IMG/VR virus record: IMGVR_UViG_3300016467_000102 | Coordinates: 1 to 32,988 of that record | DNA from: a virus | Taxonomy: Duplodnaviria > Caudoviricetes | DNA: 32,988 bases | Reading direction: 5' to 3' (one strand) | In this document: in pieces, positions 23,722-32,987 of the stretch | How positions within the stretch are numbered: the stretch's first letter is position 1 | Layout: each line of letters begins with the position of its first letter | The notes under the pieces: model-generated | What the model saw: the letters and a program-made list of their open reading frames with translations, nothing else | What the model was told of the DNA's origin: nothing | Database searches by the model: none | Made by a program: the position numbers and the translations under genes

Positions 23722-24868
23722 ACCACACACTAACCAAGCGAAGGTCTTAAATTCAAAAGCAAGGTTCAAGGTGTTAATGTCAGGCAGACGATGGGGAAAA
23801 TCCCTGATCTGTCAAGTAATCACTTGCTTGGAATCCATGCAAGGAAAACGCGTCGCGTACATTACACCGACGTATCTACTGGCTAAAGCTTTCTTCGATG
23901 AGCTTGCCTTATTGATGCCTGCAAACGTAGCAATCCCAAACAGATCCGATCTAACCTTTAAGTTAATCACTGGAGGATCGATCAGGTTCTTCACTGGTGA
24001 ACGCCTGGATAATCTCCGCGGTTTAAAGTTTCACTATGTGATCATCGATGAGGCGTCCTTCATACCTAACCTGGAAGATGGCTGGAATAATGCGATCCGT
24101 CCAACGCTTACCGATTACCAAGGAAAAGCGATCTTCTTATCTACACCGAAAGGAAAAAACTTCTTTTATTCGCTTTACTTAAAAGGAATAGATCCATCTC
24201 CAGAGTGGGAGTCATTCAAGTTCAGCTCTTACGATAATCCGCACATCTCAGATGACGAGATCGATAGCGCAAGGCTTGCACTTCCAGAGGTAGTCTTCGA
24301 ACAGGAATACATGGCGAATCCTGCGGAGAATAGCGCGAATCCTTTTGGATCCAAAGAAATTTTAAAATGTGTATCTGCTATTTCGGATCAAAATGTTAAA
24401 TGTTATGGAATAGATTTGGCAAAGTATTCTGACTGGACCGTAATTATCGGACTAGACAATAATGGCAATGTGGCTCATTTTGAGCGATTTCAGAGCGATT
24501 GGGCTAGTACACAGAACAAAATTCGTCAATTGTCAAAAGCGCCAATGTTAATTGATAGCACTGGCGTAGGTGATCCAGTAGTCGAGCAACTCCAGCGCGA
24601 AGGGTTAGCGATCGAGGGCTTCAAGTTTACTTCACAATCGAAGCAAGAGCTAATGCTTGGCTTGCAGGTAGCGATCCATCAAGAGAAAATCCACTACCCT
24701 GCTGGCATGATCCAGGAGGAGCTCGAGATCTTTGAATATCAATACTCGGCTAATGGGGTTAAATACTCAGCGCCTAGCGGATTTCATGATGACTGTGTGA
24801 TGGCTTTGGCGCTTGCCTGGAGAAAGCTAGACTTCAAGGCAGGAACTGGAAAATACAATTTTGTTTAA
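23696..24868 (+). CDS. terL: Terminase large subunit
   Basis: GRRWGKS Walker A, IIDEA Walker B, STPKG, FEQEY.A, GIDLA, HDD.VMALALA; TTG start. Confidence 0.95.
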   Translation: MQTKITLPRPHTNQAKVLNSKARFKVLMSGRRWGKSLICQVITCLESMQGKRVAYITPTYLLAKAFFDELALLMPANVAIPNRSDLTFKLITGGSIRFFTGERLDNLRGLKFHYVIIDEASFIPNLEDGWNNAIRPTLTDYQGKAIFLSTPKGKNFFYSLYLKGIDPSPEWESFKFSSYDNPHISDDEIDSARLALPEVVFEQEYMANPAENSANPFGSKEILKCVSAISDQNVKCYGIDLAKYSDWTVIIGLDNNGNVAHFERFQSDWASTQNKIRQLSKAPMLIDSTGVGDPVVEQLQREGLAIEGFKFTSQSKQELMLGLQVAIHQEKIHYPAGMIQEELEIFEYQYSANGVKYSAPSGFHDDCVMALALAWRKLDFKAGTGKYNFV

Positions 24869-24880
24869 ACGCTATTTATA
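24869..24880 (+). promoter_or_regulatory. Putative late promoter motif
   Basis: ACGCTATTTATA occupies most of the 18-nt gap between terL and the chaperone gene. Confidence 0.6.
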
Positions 24881-24886
24881 ATCAAT

Positions 24887-25534
24887 ATGACTTGGAAAGA
24901 CGTAACCGTATGGCAGTGGATCCAGCTCCAGAATGTGCTTCTTAAAAAAGAAGAATATACAGAGCTTGACATTGCCGTTAAATCCTTGGCTATTCTGACT
25001 AACCAAACAGAAAACCAGATCGATTCTTTAAAAATAAAGGATCTACAAAAGCAATTAGAAGGGATTAAGTTCATCACCGACACGCTCCCAGAACCTAAGC
25101 CAGTGGACTTTATTAAGACACCAGGTAGAAGATATCGGTGTGTGTACGATGTAAAAAATATCCCCTATGCAAGATACTTAGAGACTAAGTTCTTTGGGAC
25201 CGATGTAGGTTTGAACATTCACAAAATCTGCGCGTCTATGGTAATGCCTATGAAGCTCACCTGGCGAGGCTGGAAGGTAGCATCTTATGACTCTGCAAAG
25301 CACGAGGAATACGCTGAAGATCTTTTGGAAGCGCCATTCGAGCAGGTTTACGGATCGATAGTTTTTTTTTGTCAAGTGTTCAGCGACTCGATAAAGAATT
25401 TAGCGGACTATTTCAAGACGGAATCGATGAAGGCGGGGATGACTCAAGAGGAGGCAGAGAAAATGGCTCAGGATTTATGCGACGCTACGGATGGATTTAC
25501 CAAGCTACGCTCATCGCTGAACACGAAAAAATAA
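24887..25534 (+). CDS. Tail assembly chaperone (G-like)
   Basis: W.DVT..Q..., VFF at the slippery site, overlapping -1 ORF. Confidence 0.65.
   Translation: MTWKDVTVWQWIQLQNVLLKKEEYTELDIAVKSLAILTNQTENQIDSLKIKDLQKQLEGIKFITDTLPEPKPVDFIKTPGRRYRCVYDVKNIPYARYLETKFFGTDVGLNIHKICASMVMPMKLTWRGWKVASYDSAKHEEYAEDLLEAPFEQVYGSIVFFCQVFSDSIKNLADYFKTESMKAGMTQEEAEKMAQDLCDATDGFTKLRSSLNTKK
25361..25371 (+). other. Programmed -1 ribosomal frameshift site
   Basis: GTT TTT TTT TG contains T-TTT-TTT in the correct phase; the -1 frame is ORF 25369-25650. Confidence 0.75.
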
Positions 25535-25650
25535 AACTGGATGAGGTTTACAACCTTCCAACGATTCAGGCTCTAAATGACCTGGCATATTTAAAAAGTA
25601 AAACGGCGCACGATCGCGAACAAATAAAAAAAGCGTATGCAAAGCATTAG
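25369..25650 (+). CDS. Tail assembly chaperone frameshift extension (T-like)
   Basis: -1 frame; F...YGW......A and V.NLP..QALN.LAY.K pattern. Confidence 0.7.
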   Translation: MSSVQRLDKEFSGLFQDGIDEGGDDSRGGRENGSGFMRRYGWIYQATLIAEHEKIKLDEVYNLPTIQALNDLAYLKSKTAHDREQIKKAYAKH

Positions 25651-26332
25651 CCAGGCTCAGGCTTCTTTAGGTTCTAGTTTTGATCCAGGCGGAATCGCCA
25701 AAGGTCAAGACTTGCAACTTAATGAAGTCGAGACGATCATGTCTCAGGCAGCGCTTAAATTCATTCAGCTAGCAAAGAAGCGATTAACTCAGCGAGGCAA
25801 GATCGACACTGGGAATCTGTCCGATATCGTAGTTAGCCAATTGACTAAGAAGGGAGGATCCTATTCGATCACAATCGGATACGACAAAAGCAATCCAGCG
25901 TCTGAGTATTATGACTTCAACGACAAAGGTGTTAAGGGCATAGGAGGATTTAAAGGTCAGCTACCTAGAGGATTTAAAGAGCCTACTGGTAGTCCTTATA
26001 GCTTCAAGAATCTTCGCCTATCTAGCGGTTTTATAAACTCCATTATCAGATGGTATTTACGTCATAAAAGCTATATAAGGAATGAAGACCAGCGAGAGAA
26101 TCTTAGTGGCTTACAACGTAAAAGAAAAACGCTAGGAGCGATTGCAAATGAGACGGAGAAGATAAGAGGGCTAGCGATCGCCACGGCTAAAAATATAAAG
26201 CGAAAAGGTATCTCTCGCACTGGATTCTTTGAAGATAATATTGAGCTTGCTTTTGGAGAAGACTTCCAAGCTTCTTTAGCTAAGGCACTCGGACAAGATA
26301 TAGCATTAAGTATTAAACAGACTTTTAAATAA
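25637..26332 (+). CDS. Neck/tail completion protein (HK97 gp10-like, putative)
   Basis: Basic; DTGNL, Y.DF.DKGV.G and I...GI..T.FF motifs. Confidence 0.55.
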   Translation: MQSISQAQASLGSSFDPGGIAKGQDLQLNEVETIMSQAALKFIQLAKKRLTQRGKIDTGNLSDIVVSQLTKKGGSYSITIGYDKSNPASEYYDFNDKGVKGIGGFKGQLPRGFKEPTGSPYSFKNLRLSSGFINSIIRWYLRHKSYIRNEDQRENLSGLQRKRKTLGAIANETEKIRGLAIATAKNIKRKGISRTGFFEDNIELAFGEDFQASLAKALGQDIALSIKQTFK

Positions 26333-27483
26333 TGGCGATCACAATCGAAAGCATCCCTGCTAGTTATTCATCTGCTCATGACTCTCTTTGGTTTGTTGTG
26401 AGCTCGGACAATGTAGGGCTAACAAATTTCAAATATGTATTTGATGTACAAGTTAATTCCGCAACCGTCGCAAGCTTCAAAGTATATCCAGACGCTAACA
26501 ATCTCGGGATCATCGATGTCGGCCCTATTGTCAGAAACTACTTTCAGAGCCAGCTTGTCGATGACGGATCAGGCTTTGTCAGAAATGCTGACGGTTTCTT
26601 GCATGTCGATTACGGCATTCGATACGGGGAAGAATACAACGGTGTAACTTACACGAATTTAACTTCTGGAACTTACAAGGGCTGGAACTTCTCGCTTGAT
26701 CCTTTCCGCACTCCGATGACTACTTATGAGAATAAGTTCTTAACGTCTCGCGATCGGACATCTGCGAAGGTAGTTTCTGGTGAGTCATTCTTGATTACTT
26801 ATTTCAATTCAGACTTAGCTAGTTCGCTAACTGCTACGATCCAGAATCTAAACGAGGACGGATCAAATAACGGAAGCGCGACTACTGGTCCAAACTTCTT
26901 GCCTTCAGCAGTTCACGGGATCATTCTTGATTTATCTCCTACATCGATAAATAGCTACCTGGAGACCACAAAAATCACTGCTTCGACTTATGCCTATCGC
27001 GTGTCGATCGGAGCTGATTCGATTGTAATCACTCAGACTTGCGCTCCTAGATTCACACCTATTCAAATTGTTTTCCAAAATCAGTTTGGTGGATACGATC
27101 AATTTGCATTCAGACTATTATCGCGTCAATCCAGGAAGATGGAACGTAAAACTTACACACGCTCAGGCTATGAAATTAACCCTACCACAAAAACGATGGA
27201 TTTCAAGGATTCGTCGAATGTATTTTATGGCGGTACTAGAAGCTTCTCGACTGGTATCGATTACGATTATTCTGTTATAAGTGATTATTTGACCGTAGAC
27301 GATTACAACCTAGGAGCTCAACTTTTGGCTTCTAACGAGATTTATTTCCAGTTTAATGGTAACTATTATCCAGTGGTATTTACGGGCACTACATGGCAGG
27401 AAAAGAATAACACTTCAGACAAGATCTTTAACTACGAATTGAACTTTAACCTAGGGATAAAACAATATAGCCAGTTCAAATAA
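26332..27483 (+). CDS. Tail structural protein (distal tail-like)
   Basis: 383 aa, beta-rich, F.N..GG.D.F.F motif, TAATG-coupled. Confidence 0.6.
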   Translation: MAITIESIPASYSSAHDSLWFVVSSDNVGLTNFKYVFDVQVNSATVASFKVYPDANNLGIIDVGPIVRNYFQSQLVDDGSGFVRNADGFLHVDYGIRYGEEYNGVTYTNLTSGTYKGWNFSLDPFRTPMTTYENKFLTSRDRTSAKVVSGESFLITYFNSDLASSLTATIQNLNEDGSNNGSATTGPNFLPSAVHGIILDLSPTSINSYLETTKITASTYAYRVSIGADSIVITQTCAPRFTPIQIVFQNQFGGYDQFAFRLLSRQSRKMERKTYTRSGYEINPTTKTMDFKDSSNVFYGGTRSFSTGIDYDYSVISDYLTVDDYNLGAQLLASNEIYFQFNGNYYPVVFTGTTWQEKNNTSDKIFNYELNFNLGIKQYSQFK

Positions 27484-29639
27484 TGATCACAGAGATAATT
27501 TTAGAAAATAGCAGGCTAGATATTTACGAGGACATTGGACTTGAGCTAAATTTGGCGATCGATGATATTAAAGACTTTTCTAGCAGAAACACGACGTATT
27601 CTAAAACGATTACGGTTCCAGGTAATGCTAACAACAATAAAATTTTTGGGCATATTTATAGCCTTACTAGCGCTAATAATTACGGGGTTAATACTGACGC
27701 TCCAAGTGTTGGTTATAATTTCGATCCGACTAAGCAGACAAATGCGAAAATCTTTGTAAACAAAATACAGGTTTTTAAAGGTGTGCTTCGATTGCTTGAG
27801 ATTAAGATCAACAAAGGAGCGATAGAGTACGAGTGCGCGGTGTTTGGTGAGCTTGGAGGATTTGCCTCCGCGATCGCTAATAAAACGCTAGAAGATACAG
27901 AGCTAGCGAATTACTTCCAGCAATATGACCAAACATGGACAGAGACAAACGTCAAGAATTCCTGGGATGCCTCAGGAACTGGTATCGTATTTCCTTTGAT
28001 TGATTACGGCGTGTGCAAGCATGGATCAATAGACTATCATCTAGATGCTTTCCGTCCTGCTTTCTTTGTGCATGAACTATTAGATAAAATCATTGACTTT
28101 TCTGGCTATACTTATACCAGTGATTTCTTCAATACTAGCTTCTTTAGATCCTTAATTATCCCAAATAATTTCGCGAATCTAGAGCAGGTGATCGCAAACC
28201 TTTTGAACGCTCAAGCGGCGAACATTACGATCGATCAGCCTGACGAATTATTGACATTCAACTCTACAAATCTGTATCAGTTCACCGTAGCTTCAAGTAA
28301 TACATTCACCTTTACTGGGACTACTGGAACACTTGGCAAATTTACCTTCCAGGGATACGGGACCGTGATCACACAACGCCAGGTTAATATCAAGCTTTAC
28401 CAGAATTTAACGGTGATCGGATCCTGGACGCTTGCGGATAATGATGATCAAATCACAGAGTTCTATATTAACCAGGAGATCGAAGCATCCTTGACAAATG
28501 GTGACACCTTCTATGTGGAAGTGACCACGAATCCAGGCTCGAATCCTAACTACGAATTTGTCTCTGAGAACTTGATGCTTGACTTTATGTCAGACGCTTT
28601 GGTCCCAGTTCAGGCTACTTATGGCGCTAGCTTATCGATGCCTAACTTATTGCCTAAAGGAATTCTTCAAAAGGATCTATTCATCTCGATCTGTCGAATG
28701 TTTAATCTTTACGTTTACGAAGATAAATCCAAGGACAAGCACATCATGATAGAGCCGTTTATAGACTTTTATCAGATCGGCGGAGGATTTATCAAGATTG
28801 ATGACTTTGGAGATTTACTTTTACATGGGGAGCCAGGTGATACGACTGGCTTAGTCCTATTGGAGGATCCCGTATCTAATGCGATCGACTGGAGCGACAA
28901 GGTAGATTATTCTCAAGAGCTTACGATTAAGCCAATGAGCGAACTAAACGCGCGCTTCTATGACTTTTTGTACACTGAAGACGATGATTTCTATAATGAG
29001 AGGTACAATAAAAAGTATTCTGAGAGCTACGGAGATAGAAAAGAGGACACTGGCTTTCAATTTACTAATGATCGCACAGATATTAAGATAATTTTTAGCC
29101 CTTCTGTGCTAGTAAAAAGAACTGGAGACGTAAAACTTTGCGCTTCAATCTTTGATTTATCGGATGGCGTAGAGGAAAGACGTGATTCTAATATCAGAAT
29201 TATGCAATTTTTGAAGGTTACAGAGGTTCCTAGCTGGAATATTAAGCAACCTTCAGCCCAAGGAAATGGTAATTTAGGATCCTCGATCACATATTACGGC
29301 TATGCTGGACACTTAGATCACCCAACTTTACCAGTAAAGGACATTAATTTTGGCGTTCCAAAGGAATTATTATTTAGTTTATCTGTTCAATATCCAAACG
29401 CGAACTTATTTACTTCGTTCTGGGGAGACTATTTAGCTGAGATCATCGCTAAGGATAGTAAGCTCCTAACTTGCTATTTATATCTAGACTTGCAAGATAT
29501 CTATTCGCTAGACTTTGCGAAACTTATCTTGATCGATGGAGCGCTTTGGAGACTAAATAAAGTCAATGACTTTAATCCTAGCGTTCCAAAGACTACACAA
29601 GTGGAACTATTGAGAGTAATTGAATTAACATACGCATAA
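27483..29639 (+). CDS. Tail tip/hub protein
   Basis: 718 aa; LD......L...I.DI.D...R...YSKT..VPG...NN..F N-terminus; precedes the tape measure gene. Confidence 0.7.
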   Translation: MITEIILENSRLDIYEDIGLELNLAIDDIKDFSSRNTTYSKTITVPGNANNNKIFGHIYSLTSANNYGVNTDAPSVGYNFDPTKQTNAKIFVNKIQVFKGVLRLLEIKINKGAIEYECAVFGELGGFASAIANKTLEDTELANYFQQYDQTWTETNVKNSWDASGTGIVFPLIDYGVCKHGSIDYHLDAFRPAFFVHELLDKIIDFSGYTYTSDFFNTSFFRSLIIPNNFANLEQVIANLLNAQAANITIDQPDELLTFNSTNLYQFTVASSNTFTFTGTTGTLGKFTFQGYGTVITQRQVNIKLYQNLTVIGSWTLADNDDQITEFYINQEIEASLTNGDTFYVEVTTNPGSNPNYEFVSENLMLDFMSDALVPVQATYGASLSMPNLLPKGILQKDLFISICRMFNLYVYEDKSKDKHIMIEPFIDFYQIGGGFIKIDDFGDLLLHGEPGDTTGLVLLEDPVSNAIDWSDKVDYSQELTIKPMSELNARFYDFLYTEDDDFYNERYNKKYSESYGDRKEDTGFQFTNDRTDIKIIFSPSVLVKRTGDVKLCASIFDLSDGVEERRDSNIRIMQFLKVTEVPSWNIKQPSAQGNGNLGSSITYYGYAGHLDHPTLPVKDINFGVPKELLFSLSVQYPNANLFTSFWGDYLAEIIAKDSKLLTCYLYLDLQDIYSLDFAKLILIDGALWRLNKVNDFNPSVPKTTQVELLRVIELTYA

Positions 29640-31513
29640 TGGCAGTAAACGAAACGGTAGGTATTAACCTAGTAGCAGACACCAAGAGTCTCAGGGGGCA
29701 ACTTCGCGAGGCGATGATGGAATTAGTAAAGCTTCAGAATACTGCTGGAGCTTCTGCTTCTGAGATCGCAAACGCTGCCAAAAGAGCGGCGGATCTTAAA
29801 GATAGAATCGGTGACGCTAAAGCGACTATCGAGGCTTTCGATCCAGATGCAAAATTCAAAGCGTTTGGACAATCGATCCAGGGCGTAGCTGGAGCGTTCG
29901 CTGCAACTCAAGGAGCTTTGGCTCTAGTAGGTGTGGAATCTGCTGAGGTAGAGAAGCAACTCTTGAAAGTTCAGGGAGCCCTGGCATTATCAGAAGGACT
30001 TAATACGGTCCTTTCATCGATCGATGGATTTAAAAACTTAGGGCTTGTCATTAAGACAAACGTCTTGAGTGCTTTTGCTTCTATGAAAGCGGCGGCGATC
30101 TCTGCCTTCACTACTATGCGAGGCGCTTTGATTGCCACTGGTGTTGGAGCTTTTGCCGTAGCTTTGGGATTAATTGTCTCTAACTTTGATGCGATTAAGG
30201 AAGCGGTTTTAAAAGCTATTCCTGGTCTAGCTAATGTCGGTAAGATCTTCACTGGTTTAGTAGAAAAAGTTACCGACTTTGTAGGGATCACAAATGAAGC
30301 AGATAGAGCGCTTGAGAAATTCACTAAGACTTCAGCTAAAAGAAAGGAGAGTCTAGAATCTGAATTAAAAATCCTAGAAGCTTCAGGAGCTGGAGAAAAA
30401 GCACTTTCAGAAAAAAGAAAGGAGATCGTAAATACTGATCTTAATATCCTTCGCGAAAAATTAAAAACGACTGGCAAGCTATCAGATGAGGAGGCGAAGA
30501 AATTTCGTGAATTAAAAACGGAGCTAGTCGTAATTGATGCGAAGTACAATAAATCGGTAGTCGATGAAAATGCAAAGCGTCATGAGAAAATAGCTCAGCA
30601 AAATAAAGAGGCTAGAGACAAAGAACTTGCAGCAGAGAAAAAACGCCTGGAAGATCTTCGCAAAGGAGCTGAAGATGCCCGCGCAGAATATGAAAAAAAT
30701 CAAGCTAGGATAAATGCCGAAGATGAGAATCTAGCTAATAGAAATGCAGATAAATTCCTAAGCGATCAAGAGAAAGAGATCGAAGCTACTCAGGCGAAAT
30801 ACGACAAGCTTTATGAAGAGCGTGTCAAGTTTGGTGGTGATCTTGCGGGTGTAGAGGAGGCAAGACAAGAAGAGCTAGCTAAGATCCAGGAGAAGTTTGA
30901 CCAGCAGTCGCTTGAGCAGATGTCTGAAGTGGCAGAAGAAACCGTTCAGACTAACAGAGCTACTCTTCAAATGCAAGTCGCAGATGAGAAGAAAGCAACG
31001 GAAGCAAAAAAGAAATTAGCTCAGGAAGAATCAAAGGCGAAAATGTTAGCAGCTCAAACAACTGCGGACACTTTAGCTAACTTATCCAACTTATTAGGTC
31101 AGGAGACGGCAGCAGGAAAGGCGGCAGCGGTAGCAAGTGCTACGATCTCAGCGATCTTATCAGCTCAGAAAGCTTACGAGTCTACAATCGGAATTCCTTT
31201 TGTAGGACCAGTGTTAGCTCCGATCAATGCTGGACTTGCTTTGGCTTCTGGATATAAGTCAATTCAAAATATCTTAGCGGTCCAAGTACCTGGTCAATCA
31301 GGCGGAGGATCAGCACCTAGCCTGGGATCAGCACCAAGCGCAGGAGCTGGAGCTCCTATTGCACCAAGGGCAGCGGAACCAGTTCCAACTTCATTAGATC
31401 AGAGATCTTTAAACACGATCTCGAATGTAGTGACGCGGGCTTATGTGGTAGAAAGTGACATTACTGGATCTCAGCAACGAATCCAGCGTATAGAGAAAGC
31501 ATCAAGATTTTAA
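29639..31513 (+). CDS. Tape measure protein
   Basis: Ala-rich helices, ALIATGVGA..VALG hydrophobic segment, long charged coiled coil, C-terminal RAYVVESDIT..Q. Confidence 0.8.
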   Translation: MAVNETVGINLVADTKSLRGQLREAMMELVKLQNTAGASASEIANAAKRAADLKDRIGDAKATIEAFDPDAKFKAFGQSIQGVAGAFAATQGALALVGVESAEVEKQLLKVQGALALSEGLNTVLSSIDGFKNLGLVIKTNVLSAFASMKAAAISAFTTMRGALIATGVGAFAVALGLIVSNFDAIKEAVLKAIPGLANVGKIFTGLVEKVTDFVGITNEADRALEKFTKTSAKRKESLESELKILEASGAGEKALSEKRKEIVNTDLNILREKLKTTGKLSDEEAKKFRELKTELVVIDAKYNKSVVDENAKRHEKIAQQNKEARDKELAAEKKRLEDLRKGAEDARAEYEKNQARINAEDENLANRNADKFLSDQEKEIEATQAKYDKLYEERVKFGGDLAGVEEARQEELAKIQEKFDQQSLEQMSEVAEETVQTNRATLQMQVADEKKATEAKKKLAQEESKAKMLAAQTTADTLANLSNLLGQETAAGKAAAVASATISAILSAQKAYESTIGIPFVGPVLAPINAGLALASGYKSIQNILAVQVPGQSGGGSAPSLGSAPSAGAGAPIAPRAAEPVPTSLDQRSLNTISNVVTRAYVVESDITGSQQRIQRIEKASRF

Positions 31514-31523
31514 ATAAAAAAGA

Positions 31524-32987
31524 ATGAATTTACCTATTTACTTGCTCGAAATTAATGAGGATCTATTGGATGGATCAGAAGTAGACTTTGTCGCTTTGGT
31601 AGATAAGCCAGCGATCGAAAGAAACTTTCTTCGCTTCAAAGCAGATCGATTGAATTTCGAGATCCAAGACGAAGAGCGTCGGATCATCTCTGGTCCGATC
31701 ATGCTAGCAGATACGCCGATCTATCGCAATGATAATGGCCAAGAGTACTTTGTATCTTTCCCGAAAGACACGATTTATAAGATCGTTAAAAAGATGTTCC
31801 AGAAGGGATACACTTCAAATGTCAATTTGATGCACGATCCTAACCAGGTGGTAGATGGCGTGACTATGTTTGAATGCTGGATCACAGATGAGTCGAGAGG
31901 AATCAAACCTATGAAAGGATTTGAAGATGCTCCTGACGGCTCAGCTTTTGCCTCTTATTCGATCGATAATGATGAGGTGTGGGGAAAAGTTAAGTCAGGT
32001 GAATTTAAAGGCTTCAGCGTCGAAGGAATGTTTAATTACAAGAAGGAGCCTAAGACGATCAGCGCAGAAGAAAAACTTTGGTCACAAATTGCAGGTATCT
32101 TAGATAAGATTGATTTCGGTGGTCCTGGAAGTGGTAGACGTCCAGAAGGTGGAGCAGATAAGGAAGCGAAAGGAGTAGGAAAATCTGCTGGAGTTAAGGC
32201 ACTTGAAAAATATAAAGATCCTAAAACATTGGATTCTAACATTAAAAAATTAATGTCAGGAGATAGCAATTTTGGAACTGATAAACTTTATTCTGATCCT
32301 AAGACAAATCAATATAACGATGAAAGACATGCATTCCATGAGAATCTAGTTTCTGAATTTGTAAAGGGAGGATCGACAAATACTGGAACGTCCTACTTTA
32401 TGGGAGGAGCTCCTGCTACTGGTAAATCTTCAATCGTAACTTCTGGAGCAGTAGAGCTACCAAAAGGTATTTTAGTTATTGATTCCGATGCGGTAAAAGC
32501 AAAGATCCCAGAATACGAAAAAATGGTTTCGACAAATAATCCTTTAGCTGCTGCAAAAGTGCACGAAGAAAGTTCTAAGCTATCCAAGGATATTTCAAGA
32601 ACGGCAGCGGCTAATAAATGGGATGTAGTAAATGACGGAGTAGGGGACGGAAAATATGAGAGTGTAGCTCAAAAAGTAGCTCAACAAAGGGAAGCAGGGA
32701 AGTCCGTAGTAGCTCATTATGTGACAACAAAAACAGAAACTTCTGTGGAACGTGCTAGGCTTAGAGGAGAAAAATCTGGACGTATAGTTCCAGAATCCTA
32801 TATTAGATCAATGCACAAAGAAATTTCTAACCTGGTGCCAGAGTTTGCTAAAAATAAATTATTTGATGAATTAAAATTGTACGATAATAATGGATCATCC
32901 CCGAAATTGATCTTTTCACAAATAGGTGATAAAATCACGGTACATGATCCAAAGGCATACAAAGACTTTTTAGATCAAGGAAAATAA
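31524..32987 (+). CDS. Fusion: XkdF-like prohead serine protease (aa ~1-197) plus Zeta-toxin-like P-loop kinase (aa ~199-487)
   Basis: Protease: VALVD.PAIE.NF, DEERRII.GP.M..D..IYR, N.MH, W..VKSG..KGFSVEG. Linker F198-GGPGSGRRP. Kinase: GGAPATGKS (aa 294-302), IDSD.VK..IPEY, VHEESS, VVNDG, R...R....GR.VP, LYDN. Confidence 0.85.
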   Translation: MNLPIYLLEINEDLLDGSEVDFVALVDKPAIERNFLRFKADRLNFEIQDEERRIISGPIMLADTPIYRNDNGQEYFVSFPKDTIYKIVKKMFQKGYTSNVNLMHDPNQVVDGVTMFECWITDESRGIKPMKGFEDAPDGSAFASYSIDNDEVWGKVKSGEFKGFSVEGMFNYKKEPKTISAEEKLWSQIAGILDKIDFGGPGSGRRPEGGADKEAKGVGKSAGVKALEKYKDPKTLDSNIKKLMSGDSNFGTDKLYSDPKTNQYNDERHAFHENLVSEFVKGGSTNTGTSYFMGGAPATGKSSIVTSGAVELPKGILVIDSDAVKAKIPEYEKMVSTNNPLAAAKVHEESSKLSKDISRTAAANKWDVVNDGVGDGKYESVAQKVAQQREAGKSVVAHYVTTKTETSVERARLRGEKSGRIVPESYIRSMHKEISNLVPEFAKNKLFDELKLYDNNGSSPKLIFSQIGDKITVHDPKAYKDFLDQGK

